Assembly (NCBI RefSeq): GCF_009914755.1
Contig: NC_060935.1
Direction: 5' to 3' (one strand)
From: the human T2T-CHM13v2.0 reference genome, Homo sapiens
DNA length: 64,000 nucleotides
Each line of letters opens with the position of its first letter. The stretch's first letter is position 1. Positions 63,473 to 64,000 of this stretch are shown piece after piece. Both the position numbers and the translations under genes were made by a program. The notes below the pieces were generated by a model. The model did no database searches and was not told where the DNA came from. It saw only the letters and a list, made by a program, of their open reading frames with translations.

Positions 63473-64000
63473 GAGTTATGCTCAGTAATAAAGGCTACCA
63501 TCCTCTCTTCTCCTAGAAAGAAAGGGAATTTTCTCTGGGGTATCCACAAAGATACTATTGAAGGGATAACAATCAGAAACTCTGATATGGATGAAACATA
63601 GGTCCACCACAGACGGATGCGCCTCCATTTCCTCGATAGGTCTAGATCATTCACAGAGGTGCCTCTATGCCTTCTTTTAATAATCACCAGAAATAACTTG
63701 TCTTTCCTTTGCTAACCTACATCATATTCCCCATTTAGAGTTTTGTTAATAAAGCCTGGTGTATTTTCAGGATATCTGGATATGCCTTCTAAAAACAGAA
63801 ATCTCAAAAATACAATATCTATTGTTGTGCAGTTTATTTTCTTTCCCTTTTTCTGCCAAGATGCACATTTCTATTTACTAACCTATTGATAATGGATTTA
63901 CCTTACTTGCGCCTTCCTAGAACGTTTTTTTTTCCCCTAAGAATTGTTCTTCTAACACATCTAGGAATTATCATTCTTTCTGATAAGAAAGATCATTCTT

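Overview
Human genomic DNA (a near-consensus, human-specific AluYb8 is present). The window is AT-rich and CpG-depleted and looks like intergenic or deep-intronic sequence. I found no CpG island, intact protein-coding gene, recognisable RNA gene or CRISPR array. More than half of it is transposable-element fossil. It contains a nearly full-length L1PA7-like element (-) inserted in an ERVL solo LTR and itself carrying a MER11 (HERV-K/HML-8) solo LTR, and a composite L1MC > L1MA > HERV-L(MLT2A) > Alu stack with several deletions. It also holds a complete two-LTR MSTA MaLR, a twin-primed (5'-inverted) L1PA15/16, an internally duplicated Tigger2a, 14 Alu-family copies, and MIR/L2 relics. Every ORF I can recognise is a TE remnant. 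The non-TE signals worth follow-up are a diverged ~110-bp element present twice 4.2 kb apart (33.8 kb and 37.9 kb) with a 25/26-identical core, a nested-palindrome AT-rich block (30.15-30.48 kb), and a CpG-retaining exon-like 111-bp segment (52.8 kb). I cannot support a novel multi-gene system. Subfamily calls come from recalled consensus motifs, not from a RepeatMasker run.
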